The notes below the pieces were generated by a model, which saw only the letters and a program-made list of their open reading frames with translations, was not told where the DNA came from and did not search any database. From positions 8,494,001-8,558,000 of the forward strand of contig OX597842.1 in NCBI GenBank assembly GCA_951406725.2: a DNA stretch of 64,000 nt. The letters are read 5' to 3'. Below, one piece after another: positions 12,797-27,893 of this stretch; the stretch's first letter is position 1, and each line of letters opens with the position of its first letter. The stretch comes from Octopus vulgaris (lineage: Eukaryota). The position numbers and the translations under genes are program-made.

Positions 12797-13005
12797 GTGT
12801 GTGTGTTTGTCTCCCTAGCATTGCTTGACAACCGATGCTGGTGTGTTTACGTCCCCGTCACTTAGCGGTTCGGCAAAAGAGACCAATAGAATAAGTACTG
12901 GGCTTACAAAGAATAAGTCCTGGGGTCGATTAGCTCGACTAAAGGCGGTGCTCCAGCATGGCCGCAGTCAAATGACTGAAACAAGTAAAAGAGTAAAGAG
13001 TAAAG
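12585..13005 (+). mobile_element. Family A SINE
   Basis: Full-length match. Confidence 0.85.
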
Positions 13006-13568
13006 AGAAAGAGTAACATTACTTTTACAGTCGTCCCCATAAATCTGTTTATGTGGATCTTGGTTATCCCCGCATCACTATAATCCCACCTTCTTCCAAT
13101 TATGCATTCCAATAGATTTAAGGTTTTTTTTTGCAGTGTCAATGCATCCAAGATGTCCTCCGTATTAATGCACGACGAAATTTTGTGTTGCCAAAAACAA
13201 AACCTGTTTATGTCCAACGCAAACTTTCGTTGAAAGCTGCATTGATCATGGGACCACTGTTCGTAAAGTAGGTAAAGTTACCTTCTCGAGCCATGCCAGG
13301 CTCATAAGGGCCGGTTTCCCGGTTTCAATGGCGTAGAAATTCCCAAACTGGACGGAACCCCGGTTCATTGCAGGGTTACTCTTTTTTGCTAGCTGAGTGG
13401 ACTGGAGCAACGTGAAATGAAGTGTCTTGCTCAAGAACACAACGCGTTGCCCGGTCTAGGAATCGAAACCACAATCATGAGTCCAACTCACTAAGCCACA
13501 TGCCACCACACTGTTAGTAACGATGAAATCTTTATTAGGATCTCTCTCTCTCTCACACACATACACAC

Positions 13569-13646
<78 letters not shown>

Positions 13647-15119
13647 ATATACACAAGATGTCCATAAATTACCTTTAACAATTTGAAAAATATTCAGGAA
13701 GGACAAAATAAAGAAATACTAAGCATCTTTAAAGATAAACGAATGTAATTTAAATATTGATTTTAATTTTTGGTACAATATCAGCAATTTCAGAGAAGGG
13801 GATAAGTCGATCGCTTTGTCCCCAGTGTTCAACTGCTACTGGTTTTATCGATCTCCGGAAGGATAAAAGACAGGGTCGACCTCGGTGGAATTTGAACTCA
13901 GAACATAAGGACAAATAACATGCTGATAAACGTTTAGCCCGGCGTGTTACCGTTGCTGCCAGCTCGCTGCCTTAGAAATTGATTTAACTATTAAAATTTT
14001 AAAAATATAAATAAAAGCATTGATGATATTTATTTAACATGGAAGTCGAGTGATACATCTCGACTTAAATAGATAGAATAAATTGTGGAAGTTGTAAAAA
14101 GATGTATGTGACAAACGCGAGATCTAATCTTGGTACACACTTATAGACATGGTTCACGGGATTCCCATACGCTCCAAGATTCCCATGCGAGGTAGCTTTG
14201 TGGTTCGGACCAGGAAATTCAAACTTGTTCGTGTTTACTCTTTTACTTGTTTCAGTCATTTGACTGCAGCCATGCCGGAGTACCGCCTTTAGTTGAGCAA
14301 ATTGATCCCAGGACTTATTCTTTGTAAGCCTAGTACTTATTCTATCGGTCTCTTTTGCCGAACTGCTAAGTGACGGGGACGTAAACACACCAGCATCGGT
14401 TGTCAAGCGATGTTGGGGGGGGGGGGACAAACACAGACACACAAACATATATACACACACATACATACATATATATTTACATATATACGACGGGCAATAT
14501 ATTTCAGATGTGCTAAGTGTGCACAGCACACCCATCGAAAATGGTAAATTCATTATAAGTATTAGACCTTACTCATTAATTTAATCACAAATCTTAATGC
14601 CAGACTTCTGTTATACGCCAGCTTGAAATTTTGTGGCATTGGGTGTGGCGGTATACTCAATGCAACAACCATAATATGCTACTGATTTTATCCTGGGTAA
14701 AAGAAAGAAAGCATTTACATGCTTATTAAGATATGCTACTGGTTTCAGTTGTTTAGAAAGATGATCTAGTCATGCTGAAATAAAAAGGGGAGAATAAACT
14801 AAAATATATTAAATTAATTTTTCATGATATCAGTTCTGGATGTTCACATGTTTCTCTTATACGAATCACACAGTGCTGAAATTTCCTTACCTAGGTGATT
14901 TTGTTAGAAAATCAGGTGAGCTTTCAGAAAGATTAATTTAGTTTATTTCAATTTGTTTTCCCTTTTTCATTTCAGCATGACTAAATCGTGTTTTAAAGCA
15001 ATTGAAACTAGTAGCATATTTCGATAGAAATATAAATACTTACTTTTATTCATGATAACAACTTCAAAGCATTTTTGGAGTCTTTTGATATATATATACA
15101 TATACATACACACACACAC

Positions 15120-15174
<55 letters not shown>

Positions 15175-15190
15175 CATACATACATACATA

Positions 15191-16079
15191 CAGGATGCAA
15201 TGGGTAAATTGTCACCACTTTATATTTTTGATTTCATGAATGTGTATTGTTTGTTTTTGACTTTGTCCACTACACAGTATAGTAGGGTCAGTTGGGCACC
15301 ATCTGTGAGAAAAACAGCACCGTGATGCAATTCACTCTGCCAGAAATTTGGAAACGACAGGCTGTACTGCTTGGCATTTGTGTAAGAAGCTCCAAGATGA
15401 ACAATTCAGAGTGTGAGAGTGTTTGGGTGTCAATCTGAGGACAGTGTAATTGGAGGACATGTACCAAAAGTGATAAAAATCAAACATCCAGTCAACATTA
15501 TGGTGTTTAGAGTGATCACTAGTGATAGCGATGTTATGCCTCCATTCATCTTTCCACATGGCCTCAGGGTCAATATGGAGGCCTACATCAAGTGCCTGGA
15601 GGAGGTAGTGCTGTTCTGGATCAACATGGTGGCTGCTGGAAGACTCCAACAGAACTCTGCACCATACCACACAGGCAAGAAAACCCAGTCATAGCTGCCA
15701 GACAATTTCTGTGACCACATTGTCCCTAACATCTGGCCACCTAGCTCCCCAAAACTACAACCTCCTTGATTACTATGTGCAGGGTGCAGTTGTGAGAGAG
15801 ACCGATAAAACTCCTTGTAACACCAAAGATGAACTGAAGGCAAGGATTATGGCAGTATTCATCAATTTAAACAAGGAGACCATCCAGAAGAGTTGCAGGA
15901 GATTCCAAAGTCGTCTGGAGGCCATGGTTGAAACCAATAGCAATATTATTGAATACATTTACTCTTTAGTATTTCAGGATATTTTTATGTAATTTTGGTA
16001 AATATAATTGTTAAAATGAGATGTCGGTGCTACTTTCATTTTTGCATAATTTAGATGACAGTTTATTCACCACACCCAG
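15191..16079 (+). mobile_element. Internally deleted Tc1/mariner element (DD37D/maT-like) with transposase remnant
   Basis: Imperfect TIRs flanked by TA. Remnant KHPVNIMVFRVITSD...PPFIFP...QQNSAPYHT...WPPSSP...LDYYV...CRRFQSRLEAMV has stops and frameshifts. Confidence 0.85.
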
Positions 16080-16580
16080 TATATATATATATACACTTTT
16101 ACTTATTTCAGTCATTTAACTGTGGCCATGCTGGAGCACCGCTAAGTTACAGTGACATAAACACAACAGCATCAGTTGTCAAGTGATGTTGGGGGGAACA
16201 AACACACACACACAAAAGTATACAAACACACATACATACATATATATATATATACATATATACGATGGGCTTCTTTCAGTTTCCATCTACCAAATCCACT
16301 CACAAGGCTTTGGTCAGCCCAAGGCTATAGTAGAAGACACTTGCCCAAGGTGCCACATAGTGGGACTGAACCCGGAACCATGTGGTTCGTAAGCAAGCTA
16401 CTTACCACACAGCCAATGATAATATTAATATTAGGGAATAAATATTATTTCAACCTTACAGGTAAAATTCAGTATAATAATATTAGACTGAATTTCATAA
16501 TATATAAAATATAATATATGTAAATATATATGTAAATAACATTAACTGAGTTGTGGAGTGGTGGTTCGTCTCTAAATTAA

Positions 16581-16619
<39 letters not shown>

Positions 16620-16917
16620 GTAATTTAATTTTTCATTATTGAATTGATAAAAGGTGGTTTTTTTCCTATTTATAAATATATATTATATTTTGTGAAATTT
16701 GATTTAGTATTTCTAAATTGAATTTTTCCCTGTAAGTTTGGAATAACATTCCCTCATATTATTACTATACATATATATATATATAGGAGAGTATTGTAGT
16801 TTGCTTGAAGCATTGTGTATTGTTTATAAAGAATAAAAAGTTTTGAATGGTACAACAAAGCACAATAATATAAAGAAAATGGACTATATACCTGCTGTAA
16901 TTTAGTCATCCATAGTC

Positions 16918-16954
16918 CGATGATATTTCGGAATAAAATTCCTTCTTCAGATAT
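16918..16954 (-). ncRNA. Minimal hammerhead-like fold (C3:G8, AUC)
   Basis: Minus strand reads AT-CTGAAGA-A GGAA TTTTA TTCC-GAAA TA TC-AT. Core and stem II are good, but stem I is only 2 bp. Confidence 0.5.
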
Positions 16955-17041
16955 TCTTAGATGGAGTCGCTGCTGTATAAATCTATACATGCACACACAC
17001 ATAGATATATATATACATATACATACACATACATGTATATA

Positions 17042-17486
17042 TTACTCTTTACTCTTTTACTTGTTTCAGGCATTTGACTGCGGCCATGCTGGAGCACCGC
17101 CTTTAGTTGAGCAACTCGACCCCGGGACTTATTCTTTGTAAACCCAGTACTTATTCTATCGGTCTCTTTTACCGAACCGCTAAGTGACGAGGACGTAAGC
17201 ACACCACCATCGGTTGTCAACCAATGCTAGGGGGACAAACACAGACACACAAACACACACAGACACACAAACACACACAAACACACACAGACACACATAT
17301 ACATATATATATATATACATATATGTGACGGGCTTCAATCAGTTTCCGTCTACCAAATCCACTCACAAGGCTTTGGTCGGCCTGGGGCTATACCAGAAGA
17401 TACTTGCCCAAGATGCTATGCAGTGGGACTGAACCCGGAACCATGTGGTTGGTTAGCAAGCTACTTACCACACAGCCACTCCTGCG

Positions 17487-17490
<4 letters not shown>
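17042..17490 (-). mobile_element. Family A SINE
   Basis: Full-length match. Confidence 0.85.
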
Positions 17491-17536
<46 letters not shown>

Positions 17537-18541
17537 GACATATATATATGTGTGTATGTATAATCATGCAAATCAGTTGAGTAATGAAAGAAAATGAAGA
17601 CAACCACAATCTATTGAATTATTTATTGATATATATATACATATTATAATATACATATATATATACACACAGGATATATATATACACTAACATATATATA
17701 TATATAATATATATACACACATATATACATATATATATATGCATATATATATTATATATATACATATTATACATATTATATATACATAAATATTATATAT
17801 ATATTATATATACATATGTATTATATATATTTCTATATACATGTATACAACAGGCTTCTTTTGCATTTATAAATAGTCCAAGACTAAAGTATTCTTATAT
17901 GGAAGGTCGAGAGAGAAAGAGGGAGGAAAGACTGAGAGGGAGAGAGAGGAAGCATGTAAGGGTCTGTGTGTCCCTGAAGATAAATTGTAACATAGCAGAA
18001 TGAGGGAGGGAGAGAGAGAGAGCAAGAGAGAGGAGTCAGAGAAGCTATAGTAGCAAGGGAGGGGAGTGTGTGTGTATGTGTGTGTGTTAGAAACTGCTGT
18101 GAACAAATTGGTCGATATTTAAGAGTACGTATGGGACAGGAATTGCTAGTTAAAGAAACAGTCTGTGTTGGTTGCATTCGAAATTGGGGGTTCTCTCAGG
18201 GTTTTCTGGTTCATAGTAGTAAAGGAGCTGTTTAGAGGTTGTTTATTTTCTGTGCTGGTGCTGTGATGGTGTGTGTGGAGGGAGGGGCTGTATTTGTTTT
18301 TTTTGCAGGGAGTTGTATATAGTTTGTTATTTTTGTTTCCAAGGGGATGTTTCTGTTTGTGAAAGTTTTGTTTACAAGCTGATTACACAAACACAGATGC
18401 ACATAAATATGTCATATATGTGTGTGTGTGTATGTATGTATGTATGTATGTATGTATGTATGTATGTATGTATGTATGTATGTATGTATGTATGTGTGTG
18501 TGTATACATATGCATATACACACACACGCATATATATATAC

Positions 18542-18592
<51 letters not shown>

Positions 18593-18652
18593 TTTCGTTT
18601 CGGGATTTGGTTTGCAAGATTCTTTATATGAGTTCGTGTATTGGAGCATATT

Positions 18653-18923
18653 CTGTTGTGTCAGGGGAGAGTCATTCTCTTTTAATGCCTTATTATTTAA
18701 CACAGTCACCAGTAAAATTTCCACTTATTTCTTATTTTTATTTTCCTAAAATTTTTGTTGCGTCTTGCGACCTTTTCAATAGTCTTTTCAAGTTCAAGAC
18801 TATTGAAAAGGTTGCAAGACGCAACGAAAAATTTAGGAAAAAAAAATAAATAAGTGGAAATTTTACCGGTGATTGTGTTACATTATAAGGCACTAAAAGA
18901 AAATGACTCTCCCCAGACACAAC

Positions 18924-18926
<3 letters not shown>
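18653..18926. repeat. Fold-back element (about 130-bp arms) in (TA)n
   Basis: ctgttgtgtcaggggagagtcatt...ttcaatagtctt is mirrored by aagactattgaa...aatgactctccccagacacaacag. Confidence 0.9.
18800..18836 (+). ncRNA. Hammerhead-like fold with U3:A8 core variant
   Basis: CTA-TTGAAAA-G GTTGC AAGAC GCAAC-GAAA AA TT-TAG. The mirror copy at 18746-18782 has the palindromic AATT stem III but G12>A. Confidence 0.45.
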
Positions 18927-18960
<34 letters not shown>

Positions 18961-19274
18961 CATATGCATATATATATACATTTATATACATTTATTTATG
19001 TACAAATATATGTATATGTATATGTGTATATATATATACAGGTTATGAGAGGTAATGGTGTCATTGAGACCCAAAGTTGTCAGGTAATGCTGAATAAGTG
19101 TTATGGACAAACTATAGTTAAGTTCCAGGTTCGGTGATTATGCAAATGAGGAGTCCAACGTAGGTCATATATCAGCATGCGTATATATAAAAAAAATTAA
19201 CAGAATGAGGTAAAAATCCAATTCTGTGTACAGCCATGGATTTTTATCTCATTCTGTTAATTTTATATATATGC

Positions 19275-19321
<47 letters not shown>

Positions 19322-20264
19322 TATATGCTAAATACAACCACCATCACTACCACATCCACCACCAACATAACCATCATCATCACCAACACCACAACTGTCA
19401 TCACACTACCACATCCACCACCACCACCACCACTATCCCCAACACCACAACCACTACCTGGTCTTGGGGCGCCTTTAATGGAAACACATAAGATCGGCAG
19501 GCAATGATTCTGAAAGGGGGTTTTCAGGACCCTGTGGCAGAGCCGTGAGGAAAGAAAAGTCGCTGGAAAAAACTGCCGTGTTTAATGTCTTTAAGATGGT
19601 TTTAAATTGTAAAACTTTGCATCCTTATAAAACCCTGCTTTTTTTTTTTTTTCCAGAAATATCAGAATTCTATATAAGGATGCAGATTTTGCCTCTCGTT
19701 AATAAAGAACACTAAGGTAGAATCATTAACATGTGGCATTTTGTCCGCGATTATGTCCTGAGTCCAGGTGCTGTGAACCTGGTGGGACCTTAAACTTTAA
19801 GTTGTGCAGTCACCAGTGAGGCAACTATCTGGTTCCTGGTTGAGTAGGAGGGCAACATGGCAAGCATGGGGAATCTGAACATGTGAACTTGGATGAAGTT
19901 GACAAGGGAGGAAGGATGTAATAACCTTATGCACGAGGGCATTGCTGGCATTTTGCATGGGCGATGGTCAGTGATGGCCTTCCTTGGTCATGAGTGGACA
20001 GGCATCGTATGTGTGTGTTCTTTTATCCCTTTACTTGTTTCAGTCATTTTGACTGTGGCCATGCTGGAGCACCACTTCAAAGGGTTTTAGTTGAGCAAAT
20101 CGACCCCAGGACTTATTCTTTGTAAGCCTTGTACTTATTCTATTGGTCTCTTTTGCTGAACTGCAAAGTGATGGGGACCTAAACACACCAGTATCAAGTG
20201 ATGGTGAGGGGACAAACACAGACACAAAGATATAAATATATACATATATATGCATATATATATT

Positions 20265-20298
<34 letters not shown>

Positions 20299-20376
20299 CA
20301 CATACATACATACATACATACATACACACATATGTATATATATATACATATATTCATACACATATATATATATACA

Positions 20377-20415
<39 letters not shown>

Positions 20416-20578
20416 TTATATATATATATATTTATAGACATACATACATATACACATTCGCCATGATAGATCGCTAGCCACTAAAACCCTTTCTATTTTC
20501 TCTCCCTGTTTATTTCTGTGTTCCTTTCTCTCAAAGAGCATAGGTTCGAAACGTAAAAGACTTTCTCACTTCCTGAGC

Positions 20579-20609
<31 letters not shown>

Positions 20610-20626
20610 TAAACACACATATATAA

Positions 20627-20671
<45 letters not shown>

Positions 20672-20904
20672 ATAAGTTTTCACACAGTTTTCATCTCCCA
20701 AGTTCACTTACAAGGCATTCCTTAGCTGCCCAAGGAAATAGTAAAAGATACTGGCCCAAGGTCCGGCATGGTGGGACTGAACTCAAAACCTTGTGTTTGC
20801 AAAGCTAGCTTCTTAACCACACAGCCATGCCTGCACCCTATGGCACCTTGACCACAATCAACATTAGTACCACCACCACCACCACCCCATCTCAGGATTC
20901 CACA

Positions 20905-21635
20905 GTGTGGTTGTAGTAGTGATAGTGGTAGTATCATACTAGTGTTGTTGAAGTGTTCTGGCAATAGTAGTGTAGTAGTGTTGTAGCAGTGTTGTGGCAG
21001 TGTTGTAGAAGTGTTATAGAAGTATTGTGCTGGTGTCATAAGCGGTGTTGTGATGATGTTATAACAGTGTTCTGGTGGTGTTGTCGCAGTGTTGTGTTGG
21101 TGTTGTAAGCAGTGTTTTGATGGTGCTATAGCAGTGTTCTGGTGGTATATCAGCAGTGTTATAGCAGTGTTCTGGTGGCGTTGTAGAAGTGTTCTACCGG
21201 AGTTGTAGCAGTGTTGTACTAGTGTTCTGGTGGTGTGTTAGCAGTGTAGTGACAGTGTTGTAATGGTGTTGTAGTACTGTTTTGATAAGATTGTAGCAGT
21301 GTTCTGGTAGTGGTGCAGCAGTGTTGCAAAAGTGTTATAGAAGTATTGTGTTGGTGCTGTAGCATTGTTCTAGTAGTATTATAGCAGTGTTCTGGTGGTG
21401 TGTTAGCAGTGTTTAAACAGTATTCTGCTAGTGTTGTAGTAGTGTTCTGGTGGTGTTTTAGCAGTGTTATAGTACTGTTCTGGTAAGGTGGTAGCAGTGT
21501 TCTGAGGTATTGTAGTGGTGTCATAGTTGTGTCGTATGGTCTGTTGTAGTGCACTGTGGAGTGCATTGTAGTAGTGTTGCAGAAGTGTTGTGGTAGTGCT
21601 GTTGCAGTGTTGTAGCAGTGTTTTAGTAGTGTCTT
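20905..21635. repeat. Degenerate 11/22-bp tandem repeat (gtgttgtagca/gtgttctggtg)
   Basis: Direct reading. Confidence 0.8.
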
Positions 21636-21889
21636 GTTCTGTATGTGGCATGTGCATGTGTTTATGTTGCAGTAGACAGTCCCTGTGATAAAAAGGTTGC
21701 TGACCCCTACTGGTCTTGCGGAAGGCAGCCCCCTGTGGTTTGTGTGTGGGTGTCATTAGTTAACGAAGTCTTTGACCTCTCGTTAGTGTTTCACAAATTA
21801 ATAAGTTACTTCACAGTTTGATCTCCTCTTGTTGTAGACATCTGTCCAGGTTCTTCCAGAAGATTGTCTTCTGCAAAAAAATAAATAAA

Positions 21890-22642
<753 letters not shown>

Positions 22643-23196
22643 GCCCCGATGCAGTACCAGGCAGTGGCTCCCATGGCTTCTGATCTTAACTGACTGGAAG
22701 TGTTATCATGTACATTGTTTTGCCTTGGTATAAAAGATGGGCTACAGCAAATATTCTGCTCAATACCACAGATTTGCTTGTCAGTTGTTTGACCTTAACC
22801 AGTTGATTATGTCCCTTAGTGGCTGACGATATGTGCATCTCTGATCACAAGCAGAAGTAGTGGGGGAGCATCATAGTCATGTGTTGAGAGGGATTCTTAG
22901 GGGTTTGAATAATTCACCTCTGGAAACATGGGTGGTTCTTTCAACATCCTTAAACAACCCTTATTCAGGGACTTTTTGATCAGGATGGGCTACTCGACCA
23001 GAAGAAAATTCTAACTGGGCCCCACTTGCAAAGTCATGCATTGTTTATCTTGATATGAGATCACCATGTCGCGCACATATGGTTGTGATGCATGTGCCTG
23101 GTGTACTCTTATCAGACGGGTAGTCATGATGGGTATATTGGGCTTTGTATATTTTACCCCAGTGTCACTTTGATGGCATGCACTGCTCTCTCACTC
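22643..23196 (+). mobile_element. About 550-bp non-autonomous element inserted in (TAA)n (family E, possibly Dong/R4-dependent)
   Basis: Copies at 30565-31122 (-) and 51398-51923 (+) have the same ends. All end in ...gcactgctctctcactc followed by (AAT)n. Confidence 0.75.
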
Positions 23197-23206
23197 AATA
23201 ATAATA

Positions 23207-23237
<31 letters not shown>

Positions 23238-23456
23238 CAACAATGGTTTCAAATTTTGCCACAAGGGCAGCCACTTTGGTGGAGGGAATGAGTGGATTAC
23301 ATCAACCCCAGTGCGTAACTGGTACTTATTTTATTGACCTCGAAAGGATGAAAGGCGAAGTCGACCTCAGCGGAATTTGAACTCACATCAGAGCGACGGG
23401 CAAAATACCGCTAAGCATTTCGTCCAGCGCGCTAACGATTCTGCCAGCTTGCCACC

Positions 23457-23500
<44 letters not shown>

Positions 23501-24264
23501 GATAATAATAATGATAATTATAATAATGATGATGATGATGATGATGATGACGATGATGATGATGATGATGATAATAATAATAATAATAATAATAATGGTT
23601 TCTTACATTGCCTTCTACTGATGAGTTCTGAATTGGCTTCGGTCAACAACTCAATGTCCAAAGATGTTGGAAACAAGCTAACGAGGAAACAGGACAATGT
23701 CGGAGAGAACTCGTTAATTAATTGCTGGACTCTTTATCTTGGATGCAGCACGGCAGGCGGTACAGTAGAAATGCTTTTGGGTGACAAAGGCCCCAATTAA
23801 CATGGGTTTAGCAGTCTGTAGACGTCACATCATTTGGGAATTGCTCCGGTAGGGTTCATATCAAAATGCTACTTTTACGAAGCTTGTTTTAGTACTGAAG
23901 CAGCTTTGGTCAATTGTAGCAAGGCTTGGACAATAACAGACACACCGGCAGAAGGGACAAGCACTGGACATTGTCTTGTTTGAAGTTTTCCTTTGAAGTT
24001 TGTTTTCCAGGAAGAAAAAATAACAAATGGCTAATAAACTCTTTTGATACCAATCCTGTTGAAACTGCCCCTGGGTCTATTGATACAAATTTCTCGTTTT
24101 AAAGGAATCTAAATTAAAATCTCTCATCAAGATTTAAAGTTAATTTATGTGACAAATGCCAGTTTAATAATGGAAAAGTTATTTTGCTAAACTCTTGATT
24201 ATTTTCAAAATTAATTAAAACAATTATCAGTGTGTTTTAACGAATATAGTAACACAAGACTGTA

Positions 24265-24562
24265 GGCGCAATGGCCCAGTGGTTAGGGCAGCAGACTAGC
24301 GGTCGAAGGATCGCGGTTTCAATTCCCAGACCGGGCGTTGTGAGTGTTTATTGAGCGAAAACATCTAAAGCTCCACGAGGCTCTGGCATGGGGTGTTGGT
24401 GACCCCTGTTGTACTCTTTCGCCCCAACATTCTCTTGCTCACACTTCCTGTTTCTTGAGTAATGCTGTGATGGACTGGCATCCCATCAAGCTGGGGGGTA
24501 CACATACGCCACAGAAACAGGAAAACCGGGCCCATGAGCCTGGCTAGGCTTGAAAAGGGTGC
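24265..24562 (+). mobile_element. Family C SINE head with an alternative tail
   Basis: Same head as 3139-3524, but diverges after gtactcttt into gatggactggcatcc...aaaagggtgc. Confidence 0.75.
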
Positions 24563-25560
24563 AAAAAAAAATAGTAACAGAAGACTTAAAGTTATCTAAG
24601 TTAAAAACTTCCATCAAAATTTCATGTTAATTTGTTTACAAAATTCTTAATTACTTACAAAATTAATTGAAACAAAAGCTGTGTATTTTGAACAGAAATA
24701 TGGTAACAAAAGGGTTAAAGTGATCGAAAGTAAAACACCCTTCAAAATTCCATGCTAGTTTATGTTCCAAACTTCAGCTTAAACATGATAAAAATATTTT
24801 ACTAAATTCTTCATTATTCTCTCAAATTAATTGGAGCAAAGGCAGAGTATTTCAAAAGGAATTTGGTAACAAAAGGATTAAAGCTCAAGAGTAAAGACTG
24901 TGTCATATAGCTAATAGCAGCAGTTACTAGTCATAAAAGATTAATTCTGATTGGCTAGCTTTTGAAAAGACGAAATATCCCATTGGCTATTCAATGGCAT
25001 CACAAAACCTGTCTTCCTCAAATTGATATTCTTCCCTGTTTCCAGAAATTCTGCGTTTATTTTGTGTTCTGTTTCATTACATGATCTCAGTGGTTTTTGA
25101 TGAGAGGGCTTTCATCCTGTGCAGCAATCGAGGTTCTTTCAAATATGGCGATATTGGATTTAATAAAGGCTGCTCCCTTTGCCTATGTGTAGGAGGGACC
25201 AGCAGCAAAAGCAGGTTGGCTAGTATTGAGTACAAGGCGGAGCTTATGTTTGGACTACCTTTTATAGAAATAGATGAGGATGTAGACGAAGAAAAAGAGT
25301 GATGGACACTGAAGGACCATACAGTGTCCAAAACTGATTCTATGGTAGCAGCTTGGGAGCAAAATTGTAGCAGTATCGAGAGTGAAGCAAATGTAGAGAT
25401 GAACTTACAAAGATTGGGTGGCTACAATATCTCTGAAAGTGTTACTTTTGTTCTATGAGAGGGAGTGGCTAAATAGGCCCTTTTTGTTACAGCAGTAGTG
25501 GGTGTGGTGAATCATTGATAAGGCAGGCATGGTTCGGTTATGTTCTCTCATTGCTGATGT

Positions 25561-26006
25561 AGGCGTGGCTTGCATTTGCATTGTTAATCAGATGGCTTTC
25601 TCGTTTCAGAAAGTAGGCGTAGATGGCATTTTTTATTTGCATTGTTGATTGGCTGGTATTTTTTTATAAAGGACAAGGGGCGTGGCTTACACTTGCATTG
25701 TTAATCAGCTGGCTTTCTTATTTTCATAAAGTGGGCAATGATAGCATTTATATGCATTGTCAGTTATCTGATATTTTTACATCAGGAGTCGTGGGCGTGG
25801 CTTACATTTGCATTGTTGGTCAGCAGGCATTCTCATTTCCGAAAATGGGTATAGATGGCATTTATATTTGCATTGTCAATTAGCTGGCATTTGTCTATCA
25901 TGAGTAGGGGGTGTGGCTTACATTTGCATTGTTAATCAGCTAGCATTCACATTTCAGAAAGTGAGTATTGATAGCATATATATATATGTATTGTCAATTA
26001 TCTGGC
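25561..26006. repeat. Dimeric (A+B) minisatellite, about 116-bp period x4
   Basis: A units start near 25561, 25678, 25793 and 25909. B units alternate with them. Confidence 0.85.
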
Positions 26007-26170
26007 CTTTTTTTTTTACTCAGATCTGAACAGGGAGCTTGGCTGGAACTAAGAAATTAAGGCAGGGAAGAGGGAGCAGCATAATTTACACTAGGCTGTA
26101 CAATGCACTACTCTATACAACAGTTGGTACTCCAGGGGTGGGTGGAGCTAGAATTGTGATTTAGCAACGG

Positions 26171-26680
26171 GGTGGGGATGTCTGATGTAGTAACTACAAT
26201 GGTCATTATATCAGAAGTGGGTTAGGCTAAAGTCAGGTGTGGTATACAGAGGGTGGGATTTAGAATTGTAATTACTAGAACCGTTGTTATTCCAGCCAGA
26301 AGTGGGTGTGGCTAAATGTGGGTGTGACATACAGAGGGTTGGGTCATAAATTGTAATTACAAGAATAGTTGTTATTCCAGCCAGAGGAGGGTTTGGTTAA
26401 AGGTAGGTGTGGTTAGAGGGTTGCATCATAAATTGTAATTACTAGAATAGTTGCTATTTCAGTCAGAGGTGGGTGTGATATACGGAGGGAGGGGGTCATG
26501 TACTGTAATTACAAGAATGATTATTATTCCAGCCAGAAGTGGGCGTGGCTAAAAGTGTGTGTGATATACTGAGGCAGAGGTGAAGGTGAGGTCATAATTT
26601 GTAATAACACCAATGGTTGCTATCCTAGTCACAAATGGGTGTGGCTAAAGCTATAATAGTTTCTATTCCTGCCAGAGAAC
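26171..26680. repeat. Degenerate minisatellite, about 85-bp period
   Basis: tccagccagaagtgggtgtggctaa...ttgtaattac repeats about 5-6 times. An inverted copy lies at about 27481-27590. Confidence 0.8.
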
Positions 26681-26789
26681 AAGGCATTAGCTAGCTTCAG
26701 GCTTGGCCATTTGAAATTAATTATGATAACTGCAATGAGGGTGTGGTTTGGATTGGGTTATCTATGGCAAAACTGGCTTGGCATGGACA

Positions 26790-27194
26790 TACTCTTTTAC
26801 TTGTTTCAGTCATTTGACTGTGGCCATGCTGGAGCACCACCTTTAGTCGAGCAAATCGACCCCAGGACTTGTTCTTTGTAAGCCTAGTACTTATTCTATC
26901 GGTCTCTTTTGCCGAACCGCTAAGTTACGGGGACATAAACACACTAACATCGGTTGTCAAGCGATGTTGGGGGGGGGGACAAACAGACACACAAACATAC
27001 ACACATATATATATATATATTCATATATACAATGAGCTTCTTTCAGTTTCCATCTACCAAATCCACTCACAAGGCTTTGGTTGGCCCAAGGCTATAGCAG
27101 AAGACACTTGTCCAAGGTGCCACACAGTGGGACTGAACCCAGAACCATGTGGCTGGTAAGCAAGCTACTTACCACAGAGCCACTCCTGCGCCTA
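26790..27194 (-). mobile_element. Family A SINE
   Basis: Full-length match. Confidence 0.85.
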
Positions 27195-27893
27195 TATGCA
27201 TAAAAATTCTGAAGACTTTTTCCAGATATGGGTGTAGCTGGATCAGATTCTGCCAAGATGGACATGTCTATGTCATCTTTTTAATGGACTGGGTGTGATA
27301 CCTGAATTACAGGTGAGTACTTCAGATTTATGTGATTGTAGGAATAGGTGAGATGAGAACAGCTGGAGAAGGAATTCCAGTCGTGGCGATCCCATCTTTA
27401 CAGAAATGTCTGGGACTACTTTTGTCGATGTCCTTCACCTGTTAAAAACAGCAAGTTGTTATTTGAGGGAGAGACTACAGTCTAGTAATTACAATTCATG
27501 ACCCAACCCTCTATGTGTGCTACACCCAAGTTTAGCCCCACCCACTTTTGATAAAACAATTGTAGTCACTACATAAGACACACCCACCTTGTCAATAAAT
27601 TACCTTTGGCTGCTGTTTTTAGGGTAATAGTGGCTGGAATAGAAATGGCTGAGATGAGGGTGGCTGGAGTAGGAGTAGCAGATGAAGAGCAAAGCTGGTT
27701 AGGGTGAGTGAGTATAGATAGAGGTGGGGAGTTGCTAGGGTGAGAGGGCCTCATTTTTAAGTGGGAGGAGCATCCCTGTCATCATTTGGCCCAAGATCCA
27801 CTTAGCTGAAATGAATTACTATGCCCTGGGTTATATGTGACCCAAGTTCCTACAAGTGGTTATTTGAGAGGGAGAGAGTGTTGATTGGATGAA

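Noticed and set aside
12939-13262. Minus-strand open frame in unique sequence with an AAA/GTAATG donor
   Set aside because: No good acceptor, both strands are open, and there is no recognisable homology.
20524-20560. Hammerhead remnants related to 62838 (also 37265-37295)
   Set aside because: Stem II and GAAA are visible, but the CUGANGA core is decayed or missing.
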